This document shows positions 1-11,610 of a DNA stretch of 64,000 bases, in pieces. The stretch comes from Alphaproteobacteria bacterium. Lineage in GTDB: Bacteria > Pseudomonadota > Alphaproteobacteria > UBA828. The DNA lies in contig CBDCQT010000005.1 of NCBI GenBank assembly GCA_965220745.1, positions 288,001 through 352,000 on the forward strand, given 5' to 3'. How positions within the stretch are numbered: the first letter of the stretch is position 1; each line of letters starts with the position of its first letter. The notes under the pieces were generated by a model. It was given only the letters and a program-made list of their open reading frames with translations, had not been told where the DNA came from and made no database searches. Both the position numbers and the translations under genes were made by a program.

Positions 1-1
1 C

Positions 2-820
2 GACCTGGTCCACCGGGTGGACGTGGACACGCTGAGGCACCTCGCGGCGAAGACGCTCGAACGCGACGAGGTCGGCTATTGCAAGCTCGCACTCGACTGC
101 CGGGTGGCCTTCGATCCCTATTCCGAAAACCGCCGCACCGGCGCCTTCGTGCTGATCGACAAGTTCACCGGTGCCACGGCCGGTGTGGGCGTCATCCACT
201 TCCCGCTGCGCCGCGCCACCAATGTCGTCTGGCAGCCCTCGAAGATCGACCGGGCGGCACGGGCGTATGCCAAGGGCCAGATGCCCCGTTTGCTGTGGAT
301 TACGGGTCTGCCGGCCGCGGGGAAATCGACGGTCGCCGACCGGCTCGAGCAGAAGCTGCACGCTGCCGGCGTCCACACCTATTTGCTGGACGGCGACAAT
401 GTGCGGCATGGCCTGAACCGGGATCTCGGCTTCACCGAGCAAGACCGCGTGGAGAACGTCCGGCGCGTTGCCGAGGTCGCGAAACTGATGGTGGACGCGG
501 GACTTGTCGTCATCGTCTCCATGATCTCGCCGTTCAGGTCCGAACGTCGGATGGCGCGGGACCTTGCGAGCGAAGGCGAGTTTGTCGAAATCTTCGTCGA
601 TACGCCGCTTGCAGTTTGCGAGGCGCGCGACCCGAAGGGGCTCTACAAGCGCGCGCGCGCGGCTGAGCTCATCAACTTCACCGGCATCGATTCGCCCTAT
701 GAGCCCCCCGAGGCCGCCGAGATTATCCTGAAGGGCGCGGAAGAGGACCCCGACACCCTTGCAGACCGGGTCGTCGACTACCTGAACGTCAATCAGACCA
801 TCCCGCCCGACGCATCCTGA
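2..820 (+). CDS. cysNC: Bifunctional sulfate adenylyltransferase/adenylylsulfate kinase (CysN/CysC), C-terminal part; truncated by window start
   Basis: CysN C-terminal '[17 protein letters not shown]' followed by APS kinase P-loop '[12 protein letters not shown]', '[16 protein letters not shown]', '[11 protein letters not shown]', '[11 protein letters not shown]'; frame open to window edge. Confidence 0.9.
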   Translation, partial: DLVHRVDVDTLRHLAAKTLERDEVGYCKLALDCRVAFDPYSENRRTGAFVLIDKFTGATAGVGVIHFPLRRATNVVWQPSKIDRAARAYAKGQMPRLLWITGLPAAGKSTVADRLEQKLHAAGVHTYLLDGDNVRHGLNRDLGFTEQDRVENVRRVAEVAKLMVDAGLVVIVSMISPFRSERRMARDLASEGEFVEIFVDTPLAVCEARDPKGLYKRARAAELINFTGIDSPYEPPEAAEIILKGAEEDPDTLADRVVDYLNVNQTIPPDAS

Positions 821-931
821 AGGGCTGCTTTGCATGGCAGCCCCTACGGATAGGTATACGCACAACTGTTGCCCGCCTCTTGGTCATGGGCGTATACAGG
901 GCCGGCCACGGGCCACGCGCCAGGGGTGGCA

Positions 932-1366
932 ATGTCAGACCAGCGAATTGCCATTGCTTCCGACCACGCAGGCGTCAGCCTCAAGGCGGTGCTGCGCGCC
1001 GACCTGGAAGCTGCGGGACGCGAGATCGTCGACTTGGGGCCCGACGGCGACGGCCCGGTCGACTATCCCGACTATGCGCAGGCCGTGGCGCAGGCGATCG
1101 AAAGCGGGCACGCCGGGCAGGGCGTCCTGATCTGCGGGAGCGGCATCGGCATGAGCATCGCAGTCAACCGCAGCCGCGCGGTGCGGGGCGCGCTCTGCCA
1201 CGACGCGGACGAGGCGCGGCTTGCGCGCGCCCACAACGACGCCAATGTCCTCGCGCTCGGCGCCCGGCGCGTGTCGGAGGAGACCGCGCGCAGCTGTCTG
1301 CGGGCGTTTCTGGACACCGAATTCGAGGGCGGCCGCCACCAAGCGCGCGTCGCCAAGCTCTCCTGA
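932..1366 (+). CDS. rpiB: Ribose-5-phosphate isomerase B
   Basis: 'IASDHAG', 'DYPD', '[17 protein letters not shown]', '[12 protein letters not shown]', '[10 protein letters not shown]'; ATG at 932. Confidence 0.93.
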   Translation: MSDQRIAIASDHAGVSLKAVLRADLEAAGREIVDLGPDGDGPVDYPDYAQAVAQAIESGHAGQGVLICGSGIGMSIAVNRSRAVRGALCHDADEARLARAHNDANVLALGARRVSEETARSCLRAFLDTEFEGGRHQARVAKLS

Positions 1367-1389
1367 GCGAACGAGAAAGGAAAACGACC

Positions 1390-2700
1390 TTGGCTGCTTC
1401 CACGCGCTCCGAGAGCGGGGCTGGGACTTCGTTTTTCACCAGCTCCCTGCAGGACGCCGATGCGGCGGTGTACGCGGCGGTCTCCGGTGAGGTCGAGCGC
1501 CTGCAGACCACCATCGAGCTGATCGCGTCGGAGAACATCGTGAGCCGTGCGGTGCTGGAGGCGCAGGGCTCGGTGCTCACCAACAAGTATGCCGAGGGCT
1601 ATCCCGGCCGGCGCTACTACGGCGGCTGCGAGAACGTCGATATCGGCGAGAGCCTGGCCATCGAGCGCGCGCTCGCGATCTTCGGCTGCGGCTTCGCCAA
1701 CGTGCAGCCGCACTCCGGCGCGCAGGCGAACCAGGCGGCCTTTCTCGCGACGCTGGAGCCGGGCGACGCCTTTCTCGGGCTCTCGCTTGCCGCCGGCGGG
1801 CACCTTACCCACGGCGCGCCGCCCAACCTCTCGGGCAAGTGGTTCAAGGCGATCCAGTACGGCGTGGGCCGCGAGGACGGCCTGATCGATTTCGACGAGG
1901 TGGAGGCGCTGGCGGAGGCCGAGAGGCCCAAGCTGATCCTCGCCGGGGGCTCCGCCTATCCCCGCATCATCGACTTCGCGCGCTTCCGCAAGATCGCGGA
2001 TTCGGTGGATGCGATTTTCATGGTCGATATGGCCCATTTCGCAGGGCTGGTCGCGGCCGGGATTCATCCGAACCCGTTCCCCCATGCCCATATCGTCACG
2101 ACCACGACCCACAAGACCCTGCGCGGCCCGCGCGGCGGCATGATCCTGACCGACGACGAGGCGCTGGCGAAGCGGATCAACTCGGCGGTCTTCCCCGGCC
2201 TCCAGGGCGGGCCGCTGGAGCATGTCATTGCGGCCAAGGCGGTGGCGCTGGGCGAGGCGATGACGCCCGCGTTCAAGGACTACGCCCGGCAGGTGGTGGA
2301 CAACGCCAAGGTGCTGGCGAGCGCGCTGATGGAGCGCGGCTACGACATCGTCTCCGGCGGGACCGACACGCACCTGATGCTGGTGGACCTGCGCGCCAAG
2401 GAGCTCACCGGCAAGGTGGCGGAGGCGGTGCTGGAGCACGCCGGCATCACCTGCAACAAGAACGGCGTCCCCTTCGATCCGCAGAAGCCATGGATCACAT
2501 CCGGTATCAGGCTCGGCACCCCGGCGGCGACGAGCCGCGGCTTCGGTGCGGCCGAGTTCCGGCGGATCGCTGGCTGGATCGCCGACCTGCTCGACCGCGA
2601 GGCCGAAGCAGTAGGCAGCAGCGAGGAACTCGCGGCAGAGATCCGCGAGGAGGTTCGCGCGCTCTGCGCCGCCTTCCCCGTCTACCCCGGTCACGCCTGA
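1390..2700 (+). CDS. glyA: Serine hydroxymethyltransferase
   Basis: 'LIASEN', '[16 protein letters not shown]', PLP lysine '[13 protein letters not shown]'; TTG start at 1390 after GAAAGG (start inferred). Confidence 0.96.
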   Translation: MAASTRSESGAGTSFFTSSLQDADAAVYAAVSGEVERLQTTIELIASENIVSRAVLEAQGSVLTNKYAEGYPGRRYYGGCENVDIGESLAIERALAIFGCGFANVQPHSGAQANQAAFLATLEPGDAFLGLSLAAGGHLTHGAPPNLSGKWFKAIQYGVGREDGLIDFDEVEALAEAERPKLILAGGSAYPRIIDFARFRKIADSVDAIFMVDMAHFAGLVAAGIHPNPFPHAHIVTTTTHKTLRGPRGGMILTDDEALAKRINSAVFPGLQGGPLEHVIAAKAVALGEAMTPAFKDYARQVVDNAKVLASALMERGYDIVSGGTDTHLMLVDLRAKELTGKVAEAVLEHAGITCNKNGVPFDPQKPWITSGIRLGTPAATSRGFGAAEFRRIAGWIADLLDREAEAVGSSEELAAEIREEVRALCAAFPVYPGHA

Positions 2701-2713
2701 GAGGAGGCCCGCC

Positions 2714-3172
2714 GTGCGCTGTCCCTTCTGCGGCAATGAAGACACGCAGGTGAAGGATTCGCGGCCGACGGAGGACAACACCGCGATCCGCCGCCGCCGG
2801 CAATGCACCAACTGCGCCGGCCGCTTCACCACCTTCGAGAGGATTCAGCTGCGCGAGCTCTCGGTGATCAAGAGCAACGGCCAGCGGGTGCCTTTCGAGC
2901 GCGAGAAGATGGCGCGCTCGATGCAGATCGCGCTGCGCAAGCGGCCGGTGGAACCCGACCGGGTCGATCACATCGTGACCGGCATCGTGCGCCGGCTGGA
3001 GAGCCTGGGCGAGACCGAGATCCCGAGCACGGTGATCGGGGAGATGGTGATGGAGGCGCTTTCGGGCCTGGATCAGGTCGCATACGTGCGCTTCGCCTCG
3101 GTCTACCGGAACTTCGGCGAGAAGAAGGACTTCGAGGAGTTCATCGGCGGCCTCGCCGACGAGCGGGACTGA
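2714..3172 (+). CDS. nrdR: Transcriptional repressor NrdR
   Basis: 'MRCPFC...VKDSR...IRRRRQC..C..RFTTFER', ATP cone, 'AYVRFASVY'. Confidence 0.97.
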   Translation: MRCPFCGNEDTQVKDSRPTEDNTAIRRRRQCTNCAGRFTTFERIQLRELSVIKSNGQRVPFEREKMARSMQIALRKRPVEPDRVDHIVTGIVRRLESLGETEIPSTVIGEMVMEALSGLDQVAYVRFASVYRNFGEKKDFEEFIGGLADERD

Positions 3173-3177
3173 GGGCT

Positions 3178-4296
3178 GTGGCGGCGGCCGATCCGTCACT
3201 CGACCGCCGCTTCATGGCGCTGGCGCTGGCACTCGCAGGACGGGGCCTCGGCAACGTGTGGCCCAATCCGGCGGTGGGTTGCGTGCTCGTGCGGGGCGGG
3301 CACTTCGTCGGCCGGGGCTGGACCCAGCCGGGCGGCCGGCCCCATGCCGAAACCGAGGCGCTCGCCCGCGCGGGCGACGGCGCGCAAGGCGCCACCTGCT
3401 ACGCCACCCTGGAGCCCTGCGCCCATCATGGCGAGACCGGCCCCTGCGTGGACGCACTGGTGGAGGCCGGGATCGCGCGCGCCGTGGTCGCGACCGAAGA
3501 CCCTGACCCGCGCGTCGCGGGCCGCGGCAACGCCACGCTCGAGGCGGCGGGGATCGAGGTCGCGCGGGGCTGCATGGAGAGGGAGGCGCGCGCGCTCAAC
3601 GCGGGCTTCCTCTCGCGCGTTGAGAAGGGCAGGCCCCAAGTCACGCTCAAGCTCGCGAGCACGCTGGACGGGCGGATCGGGACGCATACGGGCGACAGCC
3701 GCTGGATCACCGGTCCGCTGGCACGGGCGCGCGGGCACCTGATGCGGGCAAGGCACGACGCGGTGGTGGTGGGGGCCGCGAGCGCGGTGGCCGACGACCC
3801 GGCACTCACCTGCCGGCTGCCGGGCCTGGACGGCCGAAGCCCGGTCCGCGTCGTGATCGACGGCAGCGCCCGGCTGCCGAAGAGCCACGCGCTCATCGCC
3901 GGCGCGGGAGACACACCCACGTGGATCGTCTCGACGGAAGCGCTCGGAAGCGACAGGCGGCACGCGGCCTGGCGCGAGGCAGGCGTGGAGATCATCGAGG
4001 TGGCGGCGCAGGCGGACGGGCGACCGGCGCTCAAGGCCGCGCTGGAAGCGCTGGCGGGGCGCGGCCTCACCCGAGTCCTGGTCGAGGGCGGCGGCCGGCT
4101 CGCGGCGGCGCTGCTCTGCGCCGGCCTGGTGGATCGCATCGAATGGTTCCGCGCGCCGGGCGCCATCGGCGGGGACGGCGTGCCGGCGCTTGCCGCGCTC
4201 GGCGTGGACCGCGCAGGCGACATGCCTCGCTTCCGCCGCGTCTCCTCGGCCGCGCTCGGCGAGGACGTGCTGGACACCCTGGTGCCGGCAGACTAA
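3178..4296 (+). CDS. ribD: Diaminohydroxyphosphoribosylaminopyrimidine deaminase/reductase
   Basis: 'PNPAVGCVLV', 'HAE', 'TLEPCAHHGETGPC', 'SRWITG', 'VLVEGG'; start GTG 3178 or ATG 3214. Confidence 0.94.
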   Translation: MAAADPSLDRRFMALALALAGRGLGNVWPNPAVGCVLVRGGHFVGRGWTQPGGRPHAETEALARAGDGAQGATCYATLEPCAHHGETGPCVDALVEAGIARAVVATEDPDPRVAGRGNATLEAAGIEVARGCMEREARALNAGFLSRVEKGRPQVTLKLASTLDGRIGTHTGDSRWITGPLARARGHLMRARHDAVVVGAASAVADDPALTCRLPGLDGRSPVRVVIDGSARLPKSHALIAGAGDTPTWIVSTEALGSDRRHAAWREAGVEIIEVAAQADGRPALKAALEALAGRGLTRVLVEGGGRLAAALLCAGLVDRIEWFRAPGAIGGDGVPALAALGVDRAGDMPRFRRVSSAALGEDVLDTLVPAD

Positions 4297-4306
4297 CGAA
4301 CGCGCC

Positions 4307-4900
4307 ATGTTCTCAGGGATCGTCACAGACGTGGGCCGCGTGCGGTCGGTCGCCGAGAGCGCCGGCGGCGGCCTCAGGCTGGAGATCGGGACCGCCTACG
4401 ACACCGGCACCGTCGCGCTCGGCGCGTCCATCGCCTGCTCGGGCCCGTGCCTCACCGTGGTCGACAGGGGACCGGGGTGGTTCGCGGTGGACGTCTCCCG
4501 CGAGACCGCGGACCGCACGACCCTCGGCGACTGGCGCGCGGGCACAGGCGTCAACCTGGAGCGCGCGCTCGCGCTTGGCGACGAACTCGGCGGCCACCTG
4601 GTGACCGGCCATATCGACGGCGTTGCGGTGGTCGAGGGCGCCGAGCCAGAAGGGGAGTCGCTCTGCCTCACGATCCGCTGTCCCGCAGAATTCTCGCGCT
4701 TCGTCGCCTCCAAGGGGTCGGTCGCGCTCGATGGCGTCTCGCTCACGGTGAACGAAGTCGACGGCGACGTGTTTGGCATCAATCTGATCCCTCACACGCT
4801 GGCTGAGACCACCTTCCAGGAGTGTGCCGCCGGCCGCAGGCTCAATCTTGAGGTGGACCTGATCGCGCGCTACCTTGCGCGCCTTCATTCCGAGCGCTGA
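4307..4900 (+). CDS. ribE: Riboflavin synthase (alpha chain)
   Basis: N-terminal 'MFSGIV', '[22 protein letters not shown]', '[14 protein letters not shown]'. Confidence 0.95.
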   Translation: MFSGIVTDVGRVRSVAESAGGGLRLEIGTAYDTGTVALGASIACSGPCLTVVDRGPGWFAVDVSRETADRTTLGDWRAGTGVNLERALALGDELGGHLVTGHIDGVAVVEGAEPEGESLCLTIRCPAEFSRFVASKGSVALDGVSLTVNEVDGDVFGINLIPHTLAETTFQECAAGRRLNLEVDLIARYLARLHSER

Positions 4901-4909
4901 AAGGTCGAG

Positions 4910-6050
<1,141 letters not shown>

Positions 6051-6058
<8 letters not shown>

Positions 6059-6497
6059 CGGGCGGCGGGTCCTCATCCTGGAGGCGCGCTTCTACGAGGA
6101 TATCGCCGACCAGCTGGTGACGGGCGCTGTGGGCGCCCTCGACGGGGCCGGCGTGGGCCACGAGCGGTTGAGCGTGCCCGGCGCCTTCGAGCTGCCGGCG
6201 GCACTTGCCATGGCGATCGCGAGCGGCCGCTACGACGGCTTCGTCGCGCTCGGCTGCGTCATCCGGGGCGAGACCAGCCATTACGAGCATGTCTGCGGCG
6301 AGTGCGCGCGCGGGCTCGCCATGCTGGCCGAGCAGCACCGCATCGCGCTCGGCTTCGGCGTGGTGACCGCCGAGAACCGCGCGCAGGCCTGGGAGCGGGC
6401 GGCGACAGACCGCAAGAACAAGGGCGCCGATGCCGCCCAAGCCTGCCTCGCGATGATGGCGATTCGCGCCTCCCTCGGCGCGGACTCTCAAGGCTAG
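6051..6497 (+). CDS. ribH: 6,7-dimethyl-8-ribityllumazine synthase
   Basis: 'VPGAFELP', 'ALGCVIRGETSHYEHVC', 'NKGADAA'. Confidence 0.95.
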
Positions 6498-6502
6498 GCG
6501 CG

Positions 6503-7027
6503 ATGACCGCCGCCCCCGGCGCGGCCCAGGCCCCGGCGCCACGGGGGCAGGGGCGGAGCAGCGCGCGGCTCGCCTGCGTCCAGGCGCTCTACCAGATCGA
6601 GATGTCCGGCCAGTCGGCGGACGAGGTAATCGAGGAGTTTCTGAGCCACCGCGCCGGCCACGAGATCGACGGCGAGCGCTACGCGGCGCCGCACCGCCGC
6701 CACTTCGAGCGCACGGTGCGCGAGGCGGCCGCGCGGGCGGACGAGTTCGACGCCCTGGTGGCGGCGACGCTCGCGCAGCACTGGAGCATGGAGCGGCTGG
6801 GCACCGTGGTGCGCGCTCTGATGCGCGCCGCCACCTGCGAGCTCGCGGCCTGCCCGGACGTGCCGGCGCGCGTGGTGATCGACGAGTACGTCGAGCTTGC
6901 GCGCGCCTTCTTCTCCGAGCGTGAGCCGGCCTTCGTCAACGGCGCGCTCGACAGCCTGGCGCGCAGGCTGCGCGCGGCGGAGATGGCGGACGGAGCGGAC
7001 CATGACCAGCCGGCCCAAGAGCGGTGA
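6503..7027 (+). CDS. nusB: Transcription antitermination factor NusB
   Basis: 'ARLACVQALYQ', 'VPARVVIDEYVELARAF', 'FVNGALD'; conserved position after ribH. Confidence 0.93.
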   Translation: MTAAPGAAQAPAPRGQGRSSARLACVQALYQIEMSGQSADEVIEEFLSHRAGHEIDGERYAAPHRRHFERTVREAAARADEFDALVAATLAQHWSMERLGTVVRALMRAATCELAACPDVPARVVIDEYVELARAFFSEREPAFVNGALDSLARRLRAAEMADGADHDQPAQER

Positions 7028-7991
7028 ATTCGACCTCATCGCCCGCTTCTTCGAGCCTCTGAGCCGCGCCGCGCCGGGCGCGTTCGCGCTCGGCAACGAC
7101 GGCGCACTGCTGACCCCGCCTGAAGGCGCCAGCCTCGTCGTCACCAAGGACCTGATGGTGGCCGGCGTGCACTACCCGGAGGGTGAAGATCCCGCGATTC
7201 TCGCCCGCCGGCTGCTGCGCGTGAACCTCTCGGACCTCGCGGCCATGGGCGCGGACGCCACAGCGTATGCGCTCGGCCTCGCGCTGCCTGCGGACGTCGG
7301 CGACGACTGGGTGGAGGCGTTCGCGGCGGGGCTCGGCCTGGACCAGGAGACCTTCGGCGTCGCGCTGATCGGCGGTGACACGGTGGCGACCCAGGGGCCG
7401 GCGGTGCTCTCGCTCACGGCCTTCGGCACAGTCGAGGGCGATGCCTGCCTCACCCGCTCGGGCGCGGGCGCGGGCGACGACATCTACGTCTCGGGCACCA
7501 TCGGCGACGCGACGCTGGGCTTGCGCGCGGTGCAGGGCGGCCTCGCCGCGTTGGCGCCCGAGGACCGTCAGGCCCTTGCCGCGCGCTTCCGCCTGCCCGA
7601 GCCCCGGCTCGCGCTGGGTGCGGCGCTCGTCGGGCTCGCAAGCTGCGCCATCGATGTCTCGGACGGGCTGGTGGCGGATCTGGGGCACCTCTGCGCCGAG
7701 TCAGGCGTCGCGGCGCGCATCGAGGCGGATGCCGTGCCGCTGTCGGACCCCGCGCGGCGGGCGCTCGCCGGGGGCGAGGCGGCGATCGCCGATCTGATCA
7801 CCGGCGGGGACGACTACGAGCTGCTGTTCTGCGCGCCGCCCCCGGCGCGAGGCGATATCGATGCTCTCGGCTTCCGCCTCGACCTGGCGCTTACACGCAT
7901 CGGAGCGATCGAGTCGGGGCAGGGCGTCACGGTGGTTGACGCCGACGGTCAGCCGCTCGCACTCGGGCGCCTCGGCTACCAGCACTTCTAA
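7002..7991 (+). CDS. thiL: Thiamine-monophosphate kinase
   Basis: 'EFDLIARFF', 'VNLSDLAAMGA', 'LIGGDT', 'IDVSDGLVADLGHL', 'GGDDYELLF'. Confidence 0.94.
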   Translation: MTSRPKSGEFDLIARFFEPLSRAAPGAFALGNDGALLTPPEGASLVVTKDLMVAGVHYPEGEDPAILARRLLRVNLSDLAAMGADATAYALGLALPADVGDDWVEAFAAGLGLDQETFGVALIGGDTVATQGPAVLSLTAFGTVEGDACLTRSGAGAGDDIYVSGTIGDATLGLRAVQGGLAALAPEDRQALAARFRLPEPRLALGAALVGLASCAIDVSDGLVADLGHLCAESGVAARIEADAVPLSDPARRALAGGEAAIADLITGGDDYELLFCAPPPARGDIDALGFRLDLALTRIGAIESGQGVTVVDADGQPLALGRLGYQHF

Positions 7992-8012
7992 GGGAAGCAT
8001 TAGCGCGTGACG

Positions 8013-8041
8013 TTGACCGGCCGGGGCGGGCTGGTCATAAC
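8013..8041 (+). promoter_or_regulatory. Putative sigma70-type promoter for the GST pair
   Basis: TTGACC-N17-CATAAC about 50 bp upstream of the ATG at 8093. Confidence 0.3.
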
Positions 8042-8092
8042 TCCGGGCGCGGGCGGCTGCTGCGCCCGAAGCCGTGAAAGGGAAAGGGCGCC

Positions 8093-8788
8093 ATGATCGA
8101 TCTCTATTACTGGCCGACGCCGAACGGGTGGAAGCTCACCATCCTCTTCGAGGAGCTCGGCATCCCGTACAACGTGATTCCCGTGGACATCAACAAGGGC
8201 GAGCAGTTCGAGCCGGACTTCCTGGCCATCGCGCCCAACAACCGGATGCCGGCGGTGGTCGACCCCGAGGGGGCGGACGGCAAGCCGCTCTCGCTCTTCG
8301 AATCCGGCGCGATCATGCTGCACTACGCCGACAAGCACGGCCGCTTCATCCCCGCCGACGAGCGCGGTCGGGCCGAGGTGCTGCAGTGGCTCTTCTTCCA
8401 GATGGGCAACGTCGGGCCGATGCTCGGCCAGTGCCACCACTTCCGCAACTACGCGCCGGAGCAGCTCCCCTACGCGGTGGAGCGCTACACCAACGAGGCG
8501 AGCCGGCTCTATCGGGTGGTGAACAAGCGGCTTGAGGACCGTGAGTGGGTCGCGGGCGAGTATTCCATCGCCGACATGGCGATCTTTCCGTGGATGCGGC
8601 TCTGGTACAACCAGGGGCAGGAGATCGAGGACTATCCCCACCTCGGCGCCTGGCTTGAGCGCAACAAGGAGCGCCCGGCGGTGCGCCGCGGCCTCGACGT
8701 GATGGCCGACCAGATCCGCAAGAAGCCCGTGTTCACCGAGGAAGAGCGCTCGATCATGTTCGGCGCCAAGCAGTTCGAAGCGCGGTAG
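8093..8788 (+). CDS. Glutathione S-transferase, Nu-class (YfcG/YghU-like)
   Basis: 'MIDLYYWPTPNGWK', 'PNNRMPA', 'LFESGAI', 'YSIADMA'. Confidence 0.9.
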   Translation: MIDLYYWPTPNGWKLTILFEELGIPYNVIPVDINKGEQFEPDFLAIAPNNRMPAVVDPEGADGKPLSLFESGAIMLHYADKHGRFIPADERGRAEVLQWLFFQMGNVGPMLGQCHHFRNYAPEQLPYAVERYTNEASRLYRVVNKRLEDREWVAGEYSIADMAIFPWMRLWYNQGQEIEDYPHLGAWLERNKERPAVRRGLDVMADQIRKKPVFTEEERSIMFGAKQFEAR

Positions 8789-8801
8789 GGAGGGAGAGGC
8801 A

Positions 8802-9419
8802 ATGATCGACCTCTACACCTTCGGCACGCCGAACGGCGTGAAGGTCTCCATCATGCTCGAGGAGGTCGGGCTCCCCTACCGGGCACACACGATCAACATC
8901 CTGGAAGACGAGCAGTTCGATCCCGAGTTCCTCAAGATCAGCCCCAACAACAAGATCCCGGCGATCGTGGATTCCGACGGGCCGGACGGCGAGCCGATCT
9001 CACTCTTCGAGTCGGGCGCGATCCTGCTCTATCTCGCGGACAAGACCGGCCAGCTGATCCCGGCGGATGCGCGCGGGCGCTGGCGCGTGATGGAGTGGCT
9101 GATGTTCCAGATGGGGGGCGTCGGCCCGATGTTCGGCCAGACCAACCACTTCCGGCGCTTCGCCAAGGAGGAGGTGCCCTACGCCATCGAGCGCTACACC
9201 ACCGAGGCGCACCGGCTCTACGGCGTGATGGATCGCAGGCTGGCGGAGCGCGACTTCCTCGCCGGCGACTATTCCATCGCCGACATCGCCTGCGTCGGCT
9301 GGGTCGGGCGCTGGGAGTGGCACGGCATCGACTGGGCCGACTACCCGAACCTGCACCGCTGGTTCGAGACCATCCGCGCCCGGCCCGCGGTGCAGCGGGG
9401 GCTCAAGGTCCCGCAGTAG
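8802..9419 (+). CDS. Glutathione S-transferase, Nu-class (YfcG-like), tandem paralog
   Basis: 'MIDLYTFGTPNGVK', 'SPNNKIPAI', 'LFESGAIL', 'YSIADIA'. Confidence 0.9.
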   Translation: MIDLYTFGTPNGVKVSIMLEEVGLPYRAHTINILEDEQFDPEFLKISPNNKIPAIVDSDGPDGEPISLFESGAILLYLADKTGQLIPADARGRWRVMEWLMFQMGGVGPMFGQTNHFRRFAKEEVPYAIERYTTEAHRLYGVMDRRLAERDFLAGDYSIADIACVGWVGRWEWHGIDWADYPNLHRWFETIRARPAVQRGLKVPQ

Positions 9420-9430
9420 GGCGCTAGCTC

Positions 9431-9925
9431 ATGGCTGAGCCGCTCGCTCATCCGGCGGTGCGCCGGGTGCAGGCGGCGCTCGCCGAGGCCGGGTCGGGGG
9501 CGCAGGTGATCGCGCTCGCCAGCACCGCGCGGAGCGCCGAGGACGCCGCCGCCAGCATCGGCACCCCGCTCGGCAGCATCGTGAAGTCTCTGGTCTTCAC
9601 CGTCGCCGGCGCGCCGGTGATGGCGCTGGTCGCGGGTGATCGGCGCTGCGACCCGAAGGCGCTAGGGCGGGCGCTCGGCCGCGAGGGAAAGGTCCGCCGC
9701 GCCGATGCCGACGCCGTCCGCGCCGCCACTGGGTTTTCCATCGGCGGGGTCGCGCCGGTGGCGCACGAGACGCAGCTATCGGTCGCGATCGACGCGAGCC
9801 TCGGGCGCTTCGAGACCGTCTACGCCGCCGCCGGCCACCCGCACTGCGTCTTCGCGACCACGATCGACGAGCTTCAGCGCCTCACCGACGGGACGGTCAC
9901 GGGGGAGATTGCCGTCGAACAGTAG
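9431..9925 (+). CDS. YbaK/EbsC family (aminoacyl-tRNA deacylase-like) protein
   Basis: 'IVKSLVF', 'ATGFSIGGVAPV', 'YAAAGHP'. Confidence 0.88.
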   Translation: MAEPLAHPAVRRVQAALAEAGSGAQVIALASTARSAEDAAASIGTPLGSIVKSLVFTVAGAPVMALVAGDRRCDPKALGRALGREGKVRRADADAVRAATGFSIGGVAPVAHETQLSVAIDASLGRFETVYAAAGHPHCVFATTIDELQRLTDGTVTGEIAVEQ

Positions 9926-9938
9926 AATTTTCGGCGGG

Positions 9939-10568
9939 TCAGTTTTCAGGCGGATTCCGCATCAGGCGGGCGAGGTCGGCGGGCTCCTGCCCCAAGCCGT
10001 CGCTCTCGACGTGCCCCGCGGCCCGCAGACGAACTTGGTCTTCCTTGTTCTGATTGAGCTTCCAGGTGCCGTCCACGCTCTCCACCGAGAGCTCGACCGG
10101 CATGATCGAGCGCATCAGCTCGGAAAGCTGGTCTGACGATACCTTGGCCGGCGTCCACGGGGGCTTGGGTCGAAGCTCACTCTCGAACCGGGCCGACAGC
10201 GCGTCCAGGTGGGCGCGGAGCGTCTCATCCGGGCGGCGCCGGAGCGTGCCCCGGATGTGCACGGCCACATAGTTCCACGTCGGAACCTGGTCCACCGTAT
10301 CGGCGCCGTACCAGTCCGGCGAGACGTAGCTGTCCGGTCCACTGATCGCCAACACGGCTGCACATTCCTTCTCACGCAAGTGCCGCGCGATCGGATTCCC
10401 ACGAACGAGATGGGCATGAACCGCCGCGCCGTCTTCGGCCAGAATGAACGGAATGTGGCTGACGAGCGGGCCCCCACCGTCGACGGCCAGAACGCCAAAC
10501 CCTCGTTGCGCGGCAAACCTCAGGTTACGGTCCCGGGAGACTCGCCGGAAGGCGGGATTGTTGTGCAC
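9939..10568 (-). CDS. FMN-binding negative transcriptional regulator (PaiB family)
   Basis: 'SHIPF', 'GPDSYVSPDWY', 'VPTWNYVAVH', 'WKLNQNK'. Confidence 0.88.
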   Translation of the reverse strand: MHNNPAFRRVSRDRNLRFAAQRGFGVLAVDGGGPLVSHIPFILAEDGAAVHAHLVRGNPIARHLREKECAAVLAISGPDSYVSPDWYGADTVDQVPTWNYVAVHIRGTLRRRPDETLRAHLDALSARFESELRPKPPWTPAKVSSDQLSELMRSIMPVELSVESVDGTWKLNQNKEDQVRLRAAGHVESDGLGQEPADLARLMRNPPEN

Positions 10569-10640
10569 CGAACCGGAGGCCGTCTTACCCTCAAGGCCAG
10601 CAACGTGTGGAATGCGGCCAGTTTGGGGCCATATTGCCAG

Positions 10641-11453
10641 CTATTCCAGCACCGGAATAGCGGTGAGGTAGTCGAAAAGCGCCTTGGCGATGCGCTGGCG
10701 CTCGTCTTCGGCCAGGCGGTCGGAGAGGGGCGGCATCGTCGTCTCCTCGAACACGGAGAGCGGCGCCAGGACCACGCTCACGAACACCGCCTCTTCGTAG
10801 CCCTTGGTGATCTCCGCGAGGTTGCCCTCGTGCTTCTCGCCGCCGAAACCGTTCACCAAGTGGCATCTCAGGCAGTGCTCTTTGGCGAGCGCCGCACCCT
10901 CGTGAAAGCGGGCCTCGAGCCCTTCGGGCAGCAGCGCTGCGTCCGAAAGCGTGACGAGATTGGCCTCGGCTATCTGATAGATCCATGTGCCCGGACCCTC
11001 CTCGATCAGGGCGGGGTTCCCGATATTGTCCCAGACCAGGTAGTAGGGCCCGAGCGGCACGTCGGTCTGGTTTTGCAAGGGATTGTCGACGGTAAACGGC
11101 GACCCGTCTCCCAGCGCGAAGACGAAGAAGGCATCCACCGTCAGGAAGCGGTCGGCGGCGACGCGCAAGACGTAGCCGTCCAGGGCGCGGAGCTCGACGG
11201 TCTCGGCCTGGCTCGCCCAGTCCGCACCAAAGAGCCGCGCCAGCACATCCACGGCCGGGTAGCCCACGTAGTCGACGGTGACATGCTCATCGTCCACGCT
11301 GAGATGCGGCTCATAGACCGTGACCGTCTCGGCCGGGGCGCCCATCTGGGCCTCAAGGTCGTCGACGGATGGCATCTCCGCCGCACGAAGGGGGGCAGCC
11401 GCCAGCAGCGCCAACCCGAGCACGGCGGTGAGCAAGGTGAGCCTCAGACGCAT
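10641..11453 (-). CDS. Secreted/periplasmic c-type cytochrome with uncharacterised N-terminal domain
   Basis: Signal-peptide-like 'MRLRLTLLTAVLGLALLAAAPLRA', 'ALDGY', 'LGPYYLVW', single heme motif CLRCH, distal 'TMPP'. Confidence 0.75.
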   Translation of the reverse strand: MRLRLTLLTAVLGLALLAAAPLRAAEMPSVDDLEAQMGAPAETVTVYEPHLSVDDEHVTVDYVGYPAVDVLARLFGADWASQAETVELRALDGYVLRVAADRFLTVDAFFVFALGDGSPFTVDNPLQNQTDVPLGPYYLVWDNIGNPALIEEGPGTWIYQIAEANLVTLSDAALLPEGLEARFHEGAALAKEHCLRCHLVNGFGGEKHEGNLAEITKGYEEAVFVSVVLAPLSVFEETTMPPLSDRLAEDERQRIAKALFDYLTAIPVLE

Positions 11454-11610
11454 CGCTTTCTCCCCCTGTCCAAGAAAGCGCCCGCCCCGACGATGGACGG
11501 GCCGGCCCGCATCGTAGGGGGCGCGTCGGGTCTTTCTCAACTGTGTCTCCGCCTTACATCGGGGCTTCGATCTGATATGTCTCCGAGCCAGGGCGCGGCA
11601 CCGCCGCGTC

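Noticed and set aside
8093-9419. Tandem GST duplication as a novel system
   Set aside because: Diverged Nu-class paralogs in tandem are common; nothing unusual beyond the duplication
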